From NCBI GenBank assembly GCA_000091205.1, contig AP006495.2: a DNA stretch of 64,000 nucleotides. One strand, written 5' to 3'. The notes under the pieces are model-generated. The model worked only from the letters and a program-made list of their open reading frames with translations, had not been told where the DNA came from and did not search any database. Position 1 is the stretch's first letter. Each line of letters begins with the position of its first letter. Shown piece after piece: positions 1-11,787 of the stretch. The stretch is from Cyanidioschyzon merolae. Its lineage: Eukaryota. The position numbers and the translations under genes were made by a program.

Positions 1-700
1 GACGTGTAGCAGAACTGGTCTTCCTAGGATCCATGCCTAGTTCTAGGATTCTCGGTTGTGTCTTCCTGGTCGCTCTTCTGACTCTCGCAGAAGGGCATTC
101 ATTCTTCCACTCTCGTAAAAAGCATTCGCGACGCCCTCGAGAAAAGCTTAGCAAAATAAGCTGTACCATACTTCATCCCACAATCAGAGCCTCAACGCTT
201 CTCAGCTCCGTACTCGTCGCGTGCTCAAAGCACGCGTTCTTCCAATTTTCGATCTATCAGTCGCGAAGCAACTCGTGGCGCTGTGATTCGCTCTAGTCGT
301 TTGACAACGGCAAAAAGTCGACTTCGCCTCCCGCCAAGTCCTTCACAAGCTCATGGCGAAAGTTGACTAACCATGTCACGTCGAGTCATCGATTCTATTC
401 GAACCACAAACGTACCTCTCTTTGTTGCCAACGACCAAGCGGCATTCCTCAGCAGCATGACACTTCTGGCGTCGTACGCTCCCGAAGCCTTCTATCGCTT
501 CTGTTTTCGAGGGAGAAGGGTCTGGGCTCGGCCCTGAGCCATCGCCACGATAGCAACCCGTAGAGGGAGTCACAGCTTTGCATGAAGAGAGCGCAGACGG
601 GTCGGAATTTTACGGTTTGATCTCCCGTCTGGATTCTCCTTCCGTTGCTTGGTTCACCACGGACAGCATCGCGTGCCCAGAGTCCGACATCCCATGGAAC

Positions 701-740
701 AGCTTGCGCTTGCTTGCGCTTGCTTGCGCTCGCTTTTGCA
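701..740. repeat. short GCTTGC-type microsatellite (cttgcgcttgcttgcgcttgcttgcgctcgc)
   Basis: Directly visible hexamer-like tandem repeat, about 5 units. Confidence 0.6.
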
Positions 741-1635
741 GTGGACAGCGTACGCAACGAGGCATCGCGCCGAAGAAGCCCGTGATCGTCGGGTGCGGCA
801 TCGAGCGCGGAGACTGAGAACGGCATCTACGGAAACCTCTTACACTCGTCAAGGGCATGTAGCGCGCGTTCAAGTCAGCGTTCATGGTCCGCATGGCGGC
901 CGCCGGCCATGGCGACGTGGACGATATGTTAGAACGCATGTCGACAGCGGAGTGCATCTGTTTCGAATGACGCGCCGAGACTGTACGTACAGAAGATGAG
1001 AATGGCAAGCGAAGCGTTCATCGGAACTACAGTCTGTGCAGGAAAGGCGTGGACAACGGGCTGAAGCGACGAAATCTTGACTTGTACGGGGACGTCCATA
1101 TCCTTCGACTGCCGAGAGCGCAGCTGGAGCGACATGAGAGACGGGCGCATCTAAACTCGGAGGTGGGAGAGCAAAAGGAAGCAGCTGCATAAATATCCCG
1201 CAAAGGTTGGTGTTGATGACAATATGAAGGGACCCAAATTTTCGCGTATATGCCCAAGTAAGATGAAGCGACCCTTTCCATTTTTTATGACATGGTTGTA
1301 ATAGATGCCGGTCAGCTTTCTTCAGGATGCATTCCGAGACGGGGAGCTCCGGAAAAATTTTTGAACTTTCCAAATTTTGGAGAGAGCACAAAGCGCGCTC
1401 AATCAGACTGGATGGCATGCAGTAGAAAAACTGAGTCGAAAAACATGTATTCTATAAGGAGAATAAATCTTAATCGAACGAAAATCACACGATAATAGCA
1501 GATCATGTCAGTCTCGCGAACAGAGCGATGAAAACGAGAATTTACACAAAGCCTCCACAAGGATGCGCGCGAAAGTCTTCCTGCAACGCTGTGCGCACAG
1601 CCTACTATGCGAGCTTCAGCTCAATTTTCCGAGAC

Positions 1636-3441
1636 TCAGCGAAGTGCAAGTGCGATTTCCTGATCATCGAGTTGGCTGCCGATCTCTTCCTCGCTAGAAA
1701 TCACGTTTGCCGACTTGAAGGGACGCAGCGCGTCGCGTACGTGCTGCTCAGATCTGGGTAGACCGTAAACTCGAAAGGGCATCAGGTCATCCAGAGAGAA
1801 TCGCGGCACTCTTCTGACCTCATCAACAAAAAGTTCGAAGACAAAAGCGAATTCTGGGAGTGTTGTAATCGCTTGCAGCAACTCCAACGGAATCCTTTCC
1901 ATCAGATTTGGCATCATGTGTATCAGGCGCCCGAGTCTCATGCGACGAACTTGCTCTCTGTAAAAGTCAGAAAAAGAGAGATGAGACGCGTATGCTCCCA
2001 ATACGTAAAGCACGCCAGTCATGCCCGCGTACACAGGCTCCTCCGAGACCTCGCCGAAACTATGCAGTTCTGGACAGTGACTCGTGTATGCCCTATCCAA
2101 CTGGTTATGCAGCCAGGAGCTAACTGTTTTCATCCACTGAAGAGCCATCAATAGATTTGCAGCAGCGTTAGAAGCAACGAGTGCACCTGCATTAAGAACT
2201 GCCAATGATCGTGAGCTTAACGGGCGCCCAGTGTCGAAGAAAAACGTAAGAAGATGTCGCAGAATAAGCTCTAACGCTGCCGACCCAGAGTGACTCAAAA
2301 ACACAAAGAGTATGAATGGAACACGGCGACTCGTCGCAACTGGCATCACGTGTGCTTCAAATGCTACATATAGAGCATCTAGAAACGTATCAATCTGTTT
2401 TCTAGTTATCTGACTGCAAAACAAGAAAACTTCGTCTAAGCATGTGTCGAGTTTTTTGCTCAAAGACTCGGCAGATAGCTCCGCGATCGCAGGATCCACT
2501 AGTGTGGAGCTATCTTGCTCAATACTAGCTTCGGTCCTTTCCGAATCTCCAAGCTCAAACACGGAGAGATCATGATTGCCGTCGTCGCTCAAATGCTTTT
2601 CAACAAAAGACTCTGGGCTCGTCACCAGTCCTGTGGGGAAATCAAGCGCAGCCAAATATTCGAGTTCTAAAATCACCAGCCTTCGAAAGAGAAGGGAAAG
2701 CATCGCAGAAACACGCGTCTTTGCGTAGCTTAATGAGCAAAGCAGCATTCTTACGTACATGATGAACTGCTTCTCTGGACGGGAGGCATGCGGAAAGTAC
2801 TTTTCGAGATAAAATAGGTAACACTCTTCCGTTCGGGGTATCAGCGATATCAGGTTGCTAAGGACGTCATGCACAGTACCGCAGCCATCTTCCGACAAGG
2901 TTGGAAAACTCTGAACAAGGAAAGAAACCACCGGTTCTAGGTACTGAACGTCTTGCAGTACCAGACTCGTGACGAACCCCCGAAACGCAATTTTATTCGT
3001 CGTGGAACGGCAGACACCGGCCGTGAGCAAAGCGGCGATCACGCCGTCCCAGAAACCATTCGTTATTTTTGGTAGCACCCTGATAATGATCTCAAAGAAA
3101 AGTTCAAGTTCAGAGTCATCGGCCTTGGCGAGTCTCGCGGGAAGTGCGTCTCGAAGCTCAGCCAGAACAGTTGACTCGCCTAATAACCCAGTACCTTCCG
3201 AGCACGTTTGCTCGTTCAGGCATCGCTCGAGGTTCCTTACGGTTTCTTCTAGGCTAGATTGCGTGTTGGCGGAAGTTTCGACATCGTAGTCGTCTCTTGC
3301 CTCTGAGGCCAGTGTTGCAGCACACTCCATACGGCCGCTCGGGCACTGAAAAGCGGACTTCAACTCCCGGCCAGTCTGTACCAACACATATGCAGCGGCG
3401 TCGGGGCGAACATCGGCGGCTTGCATGGCAGCGCTGTCCAT
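1636..3441 (-). CDS. RNA polymerase I initiation factor RRN3/TIF-IA-like helical-repeat protein (the ORF runs to 3564 but starts GTG; first ATG at 3441)
   Basis: 601-aa uninterrupted ORF. Several segments align by eye to human RRN3: ECYLFYLEKYFPHASRPEKQ...MLSLLFRRLVILELE vs ECYVHNLLRISVYFPTLRHEILELIIEKL; VPFILFVFLSHSGSAALELILRHLL vs VQFFMFYLCSFKLGFAEAFLEHLW; C-terminal LDDLMPFRVYGLPRS vs LDTFFPFDPCVLKRS. Confidence 0.6.
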   Translation of the reverse strand: MDSAAMQAADVRPDAAAYVLVQTGRELKSAFQCPSGRMECAATLASEARDDYDVETSANTQSSLEETVRNLERCLNEQTCSEGTGLLGESTVLAELRDALPARLAKADDSELELFFEIIIRVLPKITNGFWDGVIAALLTAGVCRSTTNKIAFRGFVTSLVLQDVQYLEPVVSFLVQSFPTLSEDGCGTVHDVLSNLISLIPRTEECYLFYLEKYFPHASRPEKQFIMYVRMLLCSLSYAKTRVSAMLSLLFRRLVILELEYLAALDFPTGLVTSPESFVEKHLSDDGNHDLSVFELGDSERTEASIEQDSSTLVDPAIAELSAESLSKKLDTCLDEVFLFCSQITRKQIDTFLDALYVAFEAHVMPVATSRRVPFILFVFLSHSGSAALELILRHLLTFFFDTGRPLSSRSLAVLNAGALVASNAAANLLMALQWMKTVSSWLHNQLDRAYTSHCPELHSFGEVSEEPVYAGMTGVLYVLGAYASHLSFSDFYREQVRRMRLGRLIHMMPNLMERIPLELLQAITTLPEFAFVFELFVDEVRRVPRFSLDDLMPFRVYGLPRSEQHVRDALRPFKSANVISSEEEIGSQLDDQEIALALR

Positions 3442-4344
3442 TTTGTACAGCTTGAAACCCGATAAAAGTTCGTCACCGAAAGATGCTACAGAGAAGGCGT
3501 CGATCTCATTGGCTAATCTGGTATGTTTCTGCTTTCGCTGTCCCGCACTTCCGCACAAGGACACATGGTTTTCGAATGGACTGGGGAATGAATGTTTCCG
3601 ATGGTACCGTCAGTGGCGAGCGATGTGAAAGAGCGCTTGCTTTGATTTTGGAGCGTAACACTCAGAGCTCTTGACGCGTGCCTGAACTATAGTTGACAAG
3701 CTGGTATGTGTGCAGTCAAATTATCATTCCAGGTCGAAGCCGTAGCGTTTGATCTGATGCAATTCTTCCAAACGCCCGCAGGTAGGCGATGCGGAGTCTG
3801 GCCAGACTTTGAGTCCCTTTAGTGCGGTTAGCAGCAGCAGCAGCGAGTCAGGAAACGATAGAACTGGCGACATCTGGACCGTGCATCGCTACCGCCAGCT
3901 TTTCTGTTTGGTGGCATCTCAAACGAGCCCGTTGTTCGTACAAAATGGGTACGGAGACGTACAGAGCAGCAAATGTCGTCAGGGTGTGTTGCTTCGTTAC
4001 AGACTCGTTTTCCATGCACCGAAGGAAAACTTCTGCGAGTCGCGCGCTGTCTTCCGACGCTCTGTGAACTCTTTAGTCTTATTCCTTCGGCTTTGCAAAG
4101 CTGGATCAAACAAAACTGTATGGAATGCACCCAAGAGGCACTGGAAGCAATCCAAAACGAACCGCAAGCCTGCCGTCAATTCCGGAGATGTATGGTGCCA
4201 CTCGGTTTCCTCCGTTGCAGGAAATGCGCATTTCCTATGAGGTTCCATTCAGTTTGCCATCGTGCAGAGTCAAACGAGCAAAAAAGTTTCGTGACCCTTA
4301 GGTAAATTAAAATGCTCCTGTAGGCGCCTCCCATCCTTTTTTGA

Positions 4345-4680
4345 CTAAATGCCTCTTATCGGTTTCAGTTTCTCCACGTTCACTTGGGCCTGGAGAAGCT
4401 GTCCCACAAAGTTGGTTCGCTTCAGCTCAGCGGGTCTCTTCTTCAGCACCGCAAAGCCCCATATATCAATAGCAGCATTGAGGTCTCGCTCCACGATCCC
4501 CAAGCCTTTATTGATGCTGCTTGGACCGACCAGTGCAAGTCGTCCTCGACCTCGTGCCCTCTGTGCCAATTCCTTCTTTATCAGGTCTTCGTGTTTTTCC
4601 ATCGCCGAAACGCCCTGCTGGCTCTTCTTAAAGTCGACGTTCTGAAACGTACATCCCAGCTTACATATCCCATGAATTTT
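4345..4680 (-). pseudogene. C-terminal relic of a TnpB/Fanzor-like RuvC nuclease (zinc-finger remnant plus RuvC-III motif)
   Basis: The 85-aa ORF carries GIVERDLNAAIDIW, the D-x-D/RDxNAAxNI RuvC-III signature. The same frame upstream translates ...HGICKLGCTFQNVDFKK (a Cys-finger remnant) and then hits stops. No RuvC-I/II remain. Confidence 0.55.
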
Positions 4681-5847
4681 TCATTTCCTCAAATTGAACG
4701 CACTTCTTCGCGCCTCTAGGCGACGACCTGCCCGGAGACAGACGGACCTGCGGATGGACGACGATATGTGCCCCGGTGCGTTACATTGCGGTGCACGCTT
4801 CAGCGATTCGCCATGTGCAGCGATCATCACGTTTCACGAAAGGAAACACTCCTTCGATGCGGCTCAACCATGGACTGTACGAAGCAATGGAAAGCAGCGC
4901 TACCCCGATAGAATCGGCAAAGCCCGGGCGCGACGGGAAAGAGTGCATTGGCGTATTGTCCTATATAAAAGGATTCCGCCAGGCGTCAGGGAGTGTGTGT
5001 CTTGAATGACTCGACGAGGTGGCTGGTGCTCTTGTATGAGCCTTCTGCAACAGCGAAACGGAGACCTCGAAATGAGTCCGCTGCAGCTGGAATAGATGAT
5101 GATTTCCGAACTCTCCTTGAGTTTGGTGTTAGATATGAAGGGCGCCCTGTATGCGGATGCCCATGTACGATCCGGCTGTTTCGCGCGAAGGAGGTCTCGC
5201 CGGCTGAGCAACCGAACAGAAGCCCCTACGCCGCATACCGGCGGAGACGTTCCAGGAACTCTGCCGTTGCGATTTATGCGGAAGACGGACATGAATGAAA
5301 CAGGACTCTTTTTTGCGACTGTGTCGCAATGTCTCCAGGGCCGCACGAACGAGATGTCGACAAACAAAGACGACCGTGGTGGCTGCTATAGTCGCTTTTG
5401 TTTTCCGCAGAGTGCCTGTTGGGGCGCTTTTCTACGATTGACCGAAAACAGGCTTTAAGAATACCTGTTTACGCCGCGGAGCGAATGCACCCTATTCCAG
5501 CGTTTCTCAACCATGTGAGTTCTGTGGTATGAGTGACCTGAAGAGAGAATGCAGTACACCTTGCACTGTTCAGAAACGATATATACCCTACAGGCAACTC
5601 ATCTATGATCTATAGAACGCATTATACAGTGACGTCGAAGACCTTCTGCAATACATCGCCTCCGGGGTGGAGCACAATGCAGTTGCAAGGTCATAAACGA
5701 ATCCACTCTGCGCGCAATGCGGAGGCGTTTCCGAAGTTGTATATGTAGCGACATAGTTATTCCGTTTTCGATCGTACCCTGTTTACGATTCTTTCCCGGA
5801 ACCGAAAATTGTCGGCCTGCTACGTCCTAGACGGGTGCCACAAGTAT

Positions 5848-6213
5848 ATGTCCGTAGACCAGTCCACAGCCGAGCCTGGTGAGAAAGCTAATTTAGAAGA
5901 GTGGGCGGCATCTCGTGTGGAGGAGTTGCGGAAAGTGGTCGCAAGCGGCCAGGCCGCTGGTGTGTTTACGGCCGCCGAAGTCCTTCCCGCGCTCGACGTT
6001 GACAGGGCAGTTCGCGAACTGGAGCGCGTGCATGCCCGAACTCTGCGTCTGGAACAGGCAAAACACGCCGTTAGGGCTCAACGTGAAAGTCTTGCACTTT
6101 TGAAAGCAGAGTTCGCCCTCGAAGATATAAGAAGGACGGTTGAAAACCTGCACGGAAAATCTGAGCGTTTACAACGGTGTTACCATTTTATCGAACAAGG
6201 CTGGCATAATTAG
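5848..6213 (+). CDS. small coiled-coil hypothetical protein (ORF from TTG at 5809; first ATG at 5848)
   Basis: 121-aa ORF with heptad-like, charged coiled-coil composition (EELRKVVASGQ...LRLEQAKHAVRAQRESLALLKAEFALEDIRRTVENL). No recognisable family. Confidence 0.3.
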   Translation: MSVDQSTAEPGEKANLEEWAASRVEELRKVVASGQAAGVFTAAEVLPALDVDRAVRELERVHARTLRLEQAKHAVRAQRESLALLKAEFALEDIRRTVENLHGKSERLQRCYHFIEQGWHN

Positions 6214-7353
6214 AAGCCGCACAACAGCAAACTAAGTTGCAGTTTAAGTGCGGAGATCCTTGGCACTCTTTGAAGAGGCTCGCTTTGACAACGCGGGGCC
6301 TGGTGATGCTTTGCTTTACGATATAGAGGCTACACTGGGTCATCATGCGAATAATGTATTGGGGAACGTGAAAGCGAGCCGCATCTGATCTGGTTTCGTG
6401 CTGGAGGAGCCTCGTATTCGTTTGTTTGACTGTTTCTCGTCTGCTGGTGCCGTATCTCGCTCATGGACTTTTGCCGGAATAACGCGTGGATACTCTCGTT
6501 TGTTTTGCAAAGTCTTTAGCACACAGATTTTGCCTCAGGGTGCTGTGGTCACGCCTTAAAGTCTTTCATAAGCCTACTATCACAGAAGACGAGGTTTTGC
6601 ATTTGGAGCTCGTAGCACACGAGATGTAGCTGCCCAACAGCGTTGTCGCACAGTTGATCTGGTGCAAAACATTGCCGGACAGCATTGCAACTGGAGTGTG
6701 TGTGTGGGGGAGAGGGAGGTTCCACTTGGGCATCAGCGTGGCTGCGCATGCGGAAAGCATCTTCTTCACGGTTGCGTCACGAAACGCAATATCAAAGCAT
6801 CGTGCTTGAAAGCACCCTGTCTGCTGACACATCGGCTCGATTTCCTGGAACGAGTTATTTTGTGCACGAACAGGACTGGCCGGGGTGCTAGATGATGAAC
6901 TGTTTGGGATAAGGCAGAGCACAGCAGATTATCACTCGAGTGCAGCAGCGCTGCTGGAGCTTGCATCCCAGATGGCGACTCGATTGGTCCTCGCCTTCAT
7001 GGAGCTGCGCTTTGAGCGCCTCCAAAGCGTACATGGAAAGGAGCATACAAATATAGAGGTACACGGGCACTCAGGTACATTTTCATGCAAGAGCCGTCGT
7101 CGAGCGCGTTTCGGCTATTGTGTTTAGACAACCATTCCAAAGCCCAGCGACTGTGCCACCGGCCTCACGCAAACAGTGCTAGCGAGAGCGCGCCGTGCTC
7201 CACTGCTAGGCCAGATGAACGCGACAACTCTCAGAGAGCTTGCACCTGAGATCGGACGGCTACGCAGTGGGCAATGCACTTGGAGACTACAGGTACACAG
7301 GTGAGATCACTCGAGATCGCTCTGCTGCGTGCCTGGAGCTCGGCCTTCGAACA

Positions 7354-8125
7354 GGAGCGGTTTCGTTTCGGGGAACTTTCGCGTGCGCTATGTGAGTTCT
7401 AGGGCTCCTATGCTCGACTGAGGGTACGCTGACGGTATTTCGAGACGTCATGTATGCGAGTGCTCCTCAGGCGCAGCCGCGGTGGTATATATGCTGCAGC
7501 TTGGGTTGGCGCCGGCGCCCAGCTCAGCTAGGACGCCATGTTGGGAGAGATGCTGCGCCGAAGCGACACAGGATATGCTTTGTACAGTTTTGAGCAGAGG
7601 CAGAATGCCGTGTTGCAACAGACGCTTTACAGCAGCGAGGCGCAGTAGTCACCAGAAAACTGCGGCGCGCCCGCTGTTGTCTCTGGGCTGTGTTACCGGC
7701 CTGTGCGTTATCGCACCCGTGTGGTAACTGGCCCTTCCAAAGGGCACCTCGCGCTGGCCCTACTGAATCCAGACGTCCACGAGTGACTACGTATGCTCCA
7801 GAGAGACCAAGCTGTCCCGAAGAGATGGGATGGCGACGCTCGCTCACCGCGAACCTATCATCATATCACTCTGGTGCATGGAAGGCCTGCTGTCTCAGTG
7901 GCGTACTCCTTGACTGCGCACTTGGCCTGCTCAAGCCGTCGGATGCCTGTAAAACCTAATGGAATATTCGACGCTGTGCTTCGGAAAGGCAGCGCTGGCG
8001 TCCAATAGACCTCCGGCAGGGAGCTGGCGGTGCTGCTGATATTGATGCTGGTGTCGTTGTCTCGTGCAATAAACGCAGGCCGGGTAATGCTCTTTTTCTT
8101 GAACGAGCCATTTTCCGAGATACTT
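7354..8125. repeat. 772-bp dispersed direct repeat, copy 1 (99% identical to 27903..28674)
   Basis: Base-by-base comparison with copy 2 shows only about 8 substitutions over 772 bp and sharp boundaries (starts GGAGCGGTTTCGTTTCGG, ends CCGAGATACTT). It contains a TATA-like GGTGGTATATATGCTGCAGC. The ORFs inside it (e.g. 7482..7727) are composition artefacts repeated identically in copy 2. Confidence 0.9.
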
Positions 8126-8480
8126 ACCAGCAGTTTGAAATCCAGTTGCTCTCAAAATAGGTACAAGTGTCGAAACAGGTATCCGAGCAAGAGATGTTTT
8201 GTACGTGTTGAAGCTCATGCGGGAGATACTGATCATGACAATGTAAACGGCGTGTCTCACGAATAATCTGACAGTTTCCTTGCTGCTGTCAATTGATGTT
8301 CAAAAGAGCTTCGTTCTTCCTCAGCAAAAAAGTGTAGCCCTCAGGAAGCTCCTTCCAGACGTAACCACATAATAGCACTTCCCACAGCAGGACGATAAGT
8401 CCCCAGGGAAGAGAGTTGCAGAACGGTGCCTTTTTGGCGTACGCTCCGGGACGCCTGCAGCGTACGAAACGAGGCGCGAA

Positions 8481-9473
8481 ATGGCAGGGAAACAGACACG
8501 GGTCCCGAGAAAAGAGTTTTTTAGGAGAGCAGACCTGCTTCTTCATAGGCTGCGTTACGATCGAGTGAAGCTTCTGAATGAAATACCCTGGCAGCCCTAC
8601 AATCCGGACTACCAGCCGCGGAGGGATTGGCTCACCGTTGCTGCTCTGCTCCCATGTGCGCTCCTGGGCCGCTACGTTCTCGAGAGGCTAATTCTGAAAC
8701 CTTTTTTTGCAAAGTTCAGTGAAAGGGGTCGCAAATCTCCTCGTTTAGCGTCAAAGATGGCCGAGAACTGCTTTTACGCTCTTTTCTATATCTGCAGCCT
8801 GTGCGCGGGGTTGTATGTATATCGCTCGGAAAACTGGAGAGTATCCTTCTTTGATGGAGCCTGCATAAGCGCATTCTGGGAGCTGTATCCACCAATATCA
8901 ACAGTTTTTCGACTCTACTACCTTTCAGAGCTCTGCTACTACATCTCCAGTGTCATTTTTCTTCTGACGCACGATACGAAGAGGAAAGATTTTACTGAAA
9001 TGGTTGTACACCACTTGGCAACAATATCGCTTATCACATTGTCCTATATGTGGGGCTGGATGCGTCTAGGTTTGGTCATTCTCATGCTGCATGATGCGGG
9101 CGATATTCTACTGTACACTGCGAAAGTAGTGCATTATCTTGGCTTGTGGCCCTCGAATATAGTGCTTTTCGTGTGCTTTGCCATTGTATTCTATATTACA
9201 AGGCTATTCCTCTTCCCGCGAATCATTCTGTCGGTATCTACGGAGCCGTGGATTGAGGTTACCAGAGAGCCGCTCGCCAACAGAATTTGGGTTGCCTACT
9301 GGGGGTTCTATATCGTGCAATTGATTGGTTTCGCCCTTTTCCTGAATATACTTTTGTATCTTCACTGTTTTTGGTTCACACTCATTCTGAAGATGATGTA
9401 CCGTGAAGTACTGCACCCCGGAAACGCCAAGTACTCGAAAGGCGATATTCGCTCCGATGATGAAGCCGAGTAG
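8481..9473 (+). CDS. ceramide synthase, TLC/LAG1 family
   Basis: 330-aa multi-pass membrane protein starting at ATG. It carries the canonical Lag1p motif RKDFTEMVVHHLATISLITLSYMWGWMRLGLVILMLHDAGDILLYTAKVVHYLG (HH...HDxxD). Confidence 0.9.
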   Translation: MAGKQTRVPRKEFFRRADLLLHRLRYDRVKLLNEIPWQPYNPDYQPRRDWLTVAALLPCALLGRYVLERLILKPFFAKFSERGRKSPRLASKMAENCFYALFYICSLCAGLYVYRSENWRVSFFDGACISAFWELYPPISTVFRLYYLSELCYYISSVIFLLTHDTKRKDFTEMVVHHLATISLITLSYMWGWMRLGLVILMLHDAGDILLYTAKVVHYLGLWPSNIVLFVCFAIVFYITRLFLFPRIILSVSTEPWIEVTREPLANRIWVAYWGFYIVQLIGFALFLNILLYLHCFWFTLILKMMYREVLHPGNAKYSKGDIRSDDEAE

Positions 9474-10180
9474 TCGAGTTTCACCGGGCAGACCTTGTTC
9501 TCACCCGAAGAGTATCAGTTTTTGCATCTCGCAAAGAACATGCGGGGGACAGAACGATTGCTTCTCTTCGTCAGTATCAAGAATTTGCGATTTCTACGTG
9601 TCGTCGACATGCCAATCGTCTGCTGTTTCCTTAAAAAACAAAGCATTCTGCGCGTTAAAAATTGTGCGCATACGCTGGGGAAATATCTTAGCATCACAAT
9701 ACGATTCATGCTTGCACCGATGCAAGATCTTTTTTCATCTTGAAAGCTGTTCTGAGATGAAAAGGTTATTCAACGAGGACCGAGCGATCCCATGTAGTAA
9801 CGCCACCCGTGCGCTTCGCTTGCTCTTCTCCACAAGATGACCGCATACTGTGTAATCGGAAAGATGCCTGCAGTATGTGCAAGGCCAATCTAATCATTGC
9901 ATTATGAACCATGAGCGCTGTCGAGCCGCATGCATATCAACACCCTGTACGTCTGGAAGGCCAATCTGATCACAATGCAAAATCATCCAAATGCGCTTTT
10001 GGGCCGTATGCACATCAACAGGCACCCAGAGAATGCAGCAACAGATTGGTTCCATTAGCTGGGAACGTTTCGAGTCTAGCTGGAGAAGGTGCGCATGTAG
10101 AAATTAAATGACTGCAGAGCAACGACGCTCATGATTATTGATCCAGTTCAGACGTTGTTAGGCCTGATTTGGGTCTCCTC

Positions 10181-11332
10181 TCAGGTTGGAACCCACCCTA
10201 CCATGTAGACGACCTGGAAAGTTGCCCCGATCCAGTCATTGTAGTGATCTGAAACGGAAACCTGTCCGTCACCGCGAGCGTTTTCTATTTGCATGTTCGG
10301 GAGAGAGAATCGTTCGCGATATATTTTTGATGCCTGTTGTAAGACTTTGCGACTGAGCCATGATTGCCGCCCCGCTAGTGCATTGCTCTCAGCCATTTTT
10401 TGCAAATGTTTTATCAATGTCATCATATCTGGGTACGGTACAATCATCGTGTCGACGTCAATCGTGATCATTTCGAAACCAACCCGCGTGAGAAGTCGGG
10501 CTGTATCCTGGAATTCTACCATGGGGCTGGTATGGATCCCGACGCCGCCGAGGAGTGAGTCCTCAGCAAGTTGCAAGGAGACTCGGAGTTCGTGTAGAGT
10601 TTCACCACCGAGCATCGCGCCCAGAAAGACCCCTCCTGGTAGCAGTGCTGCACGAACCTGAGCGAGCATACCTGGCAAATCATTGATCCAATGCATTGCC
10701 ATGCATGAGATAGCAAGATCAAACGGCGCTTTCTCGAGATAACCTCCCTGCCATAGCGCCGGCAAGAATAATTCTTCATCCGCAGTTAGCTGTGTAGTGC
10801 GAAACGGTGTTTCTGACAGCGGAAGACGCTCTAGACCATGCTCCAACATAGCTGATGACAGCTCTACCTCTACGAGCAGCTCGAGACCAGAAACGATCTT
10901 GTTTCCAACCAAGGAACGCCGAACATATGACGCTCCAGCTCCCACGTCCAATACTCGCCGAAACGAGCAGCGAAAGTCTAGCAGTCTTTCACACAGACGT
11001 TTCGCTACTTCACTGCGTAGGTATTCATATTCTGAAAAGTCTGCCTCTTTAGCCGCCCACTGGCGCTGAAGGTATTTAACCTGACGATCGAAAACGCACG
11101 TCCCGGTGCTCGCACAACGAAGAGTGCCCCAGCGGTGCAATAACGACTTGGCCCGACTTGCCAAGCCCAGCGCTAATAGACCGCGTTGAAGGCGCGCCCC
11201 AAGCGACTTGTTCACCAACCTCGCACTCGCGCTGAGGCAAAACAGCATTCCTAAACGTGAGTGGCATATTCCTTGCGCACTCAACAACAACAAAAAATTC
11301 ACGTTCCATGCGTCGTTCCGAGAACCAAGCAT
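10181..11332 (-). CDS. class I SAM-dependent methyltransferase (NDUFAF5/BioC-like, Methyltransf_11 type), probable mitochondrial presequence
   Basis: 383 aa starting at ATG. SAM motif I is RVLDVGAGASYVRRSL, acidic motif II is LVEVELSSAM, motif III region is LAISCMAMHWINDLPG. The N-terminus is R/L/S-rich. Confidence 0.7.
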   Translation of the reverse strand: MLGSRNDAWNVNFLLLLSAQGICHSRLGMLFCLSASARLVNKSLGARLQRGLLALGLASRAKSLLHRWGTLRCASTGTCVFDRQVKYLQRQWAAKEADFSEYEYLRSEVAKRLCERLLDFRCSFRRVLDVGAGASYVRRSLVGNKIVSGLELLVEVELSSAMLEHGLERLPLSETPFRTTQLTADEELFLPALWQGGYLEKAPFDLAISCMAMHWINDLPGMLAQVRAALLPGGVFLGAMLGGETLHELRVSLQLAEDSLLGGVGIHTSPMVEFQDTARLLTRVGFEMITIDVDTMIVPYPDMMTLIKHLQKMAESNALAGRQSWLSRKVLQQASKIYRERFSLPNMQIENARGDGQVSVSDHYNDWIGATFQVVYMVGWVPT

Positions 11333-11787
11333 GCTGTGGCCAACTGCGATTCAGTGCATTCGGTTCTGGAGATGGTTGCCTTCGTGCGTTAGTTCGGCAA
11401 ATTCTGTTCCCTGAATATCGAAGCGACTCTTTCTAGATGCCTCTAGAGCAATAATCCACAATGTCCGTCTTTGCCGCCGACTTTATTCATGAGGATTCCC
11501 CAGGTGTCTGACACTGAGCACCGTTCCAGAGACGCAAAGTGGCACCTCGGCTAGCGCGTCTCTCATGGATCCGCGAAGGCGCTGCCCTGCTGTTCGTCCA
11601 CATGATTTTTAGTATTAGATACGAACGAATTGGATGGTGCTTGCGCTTGAAGTCACTGTGCTGGTAGACGTTGCGCTGAAACCCGTGTGGTCCTAAAACG
11701 GAACGTGTTTACCAAGGTAACGCTGGCATGCGTCCAAACATTCGGGTCTAGAGCCATTTGCACCAACACCAGCATTTGCGACCTTTT

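Noticed and set aside
3832-3848. CAG/GCA trinucleotide runs (also 38761..38775) as microsatellites of interest
   Set aside because: Only about 5 units each, so ordinary low-level simple sequence. The GCTTGC run at 701..740 is the only one listed as a feature.
7482-8008. ORFs inside the 772-bp repeat that recur identically at 28031..28557, as a duplicated small-protein gene
   Set aside because: Their conservation is fully explained by 99% nucleotide identity of the whole repeat. The substitutions that do occur are not biased to synonymous sites, the ORFs overlap on both strands, and their composition is non-protein-like.
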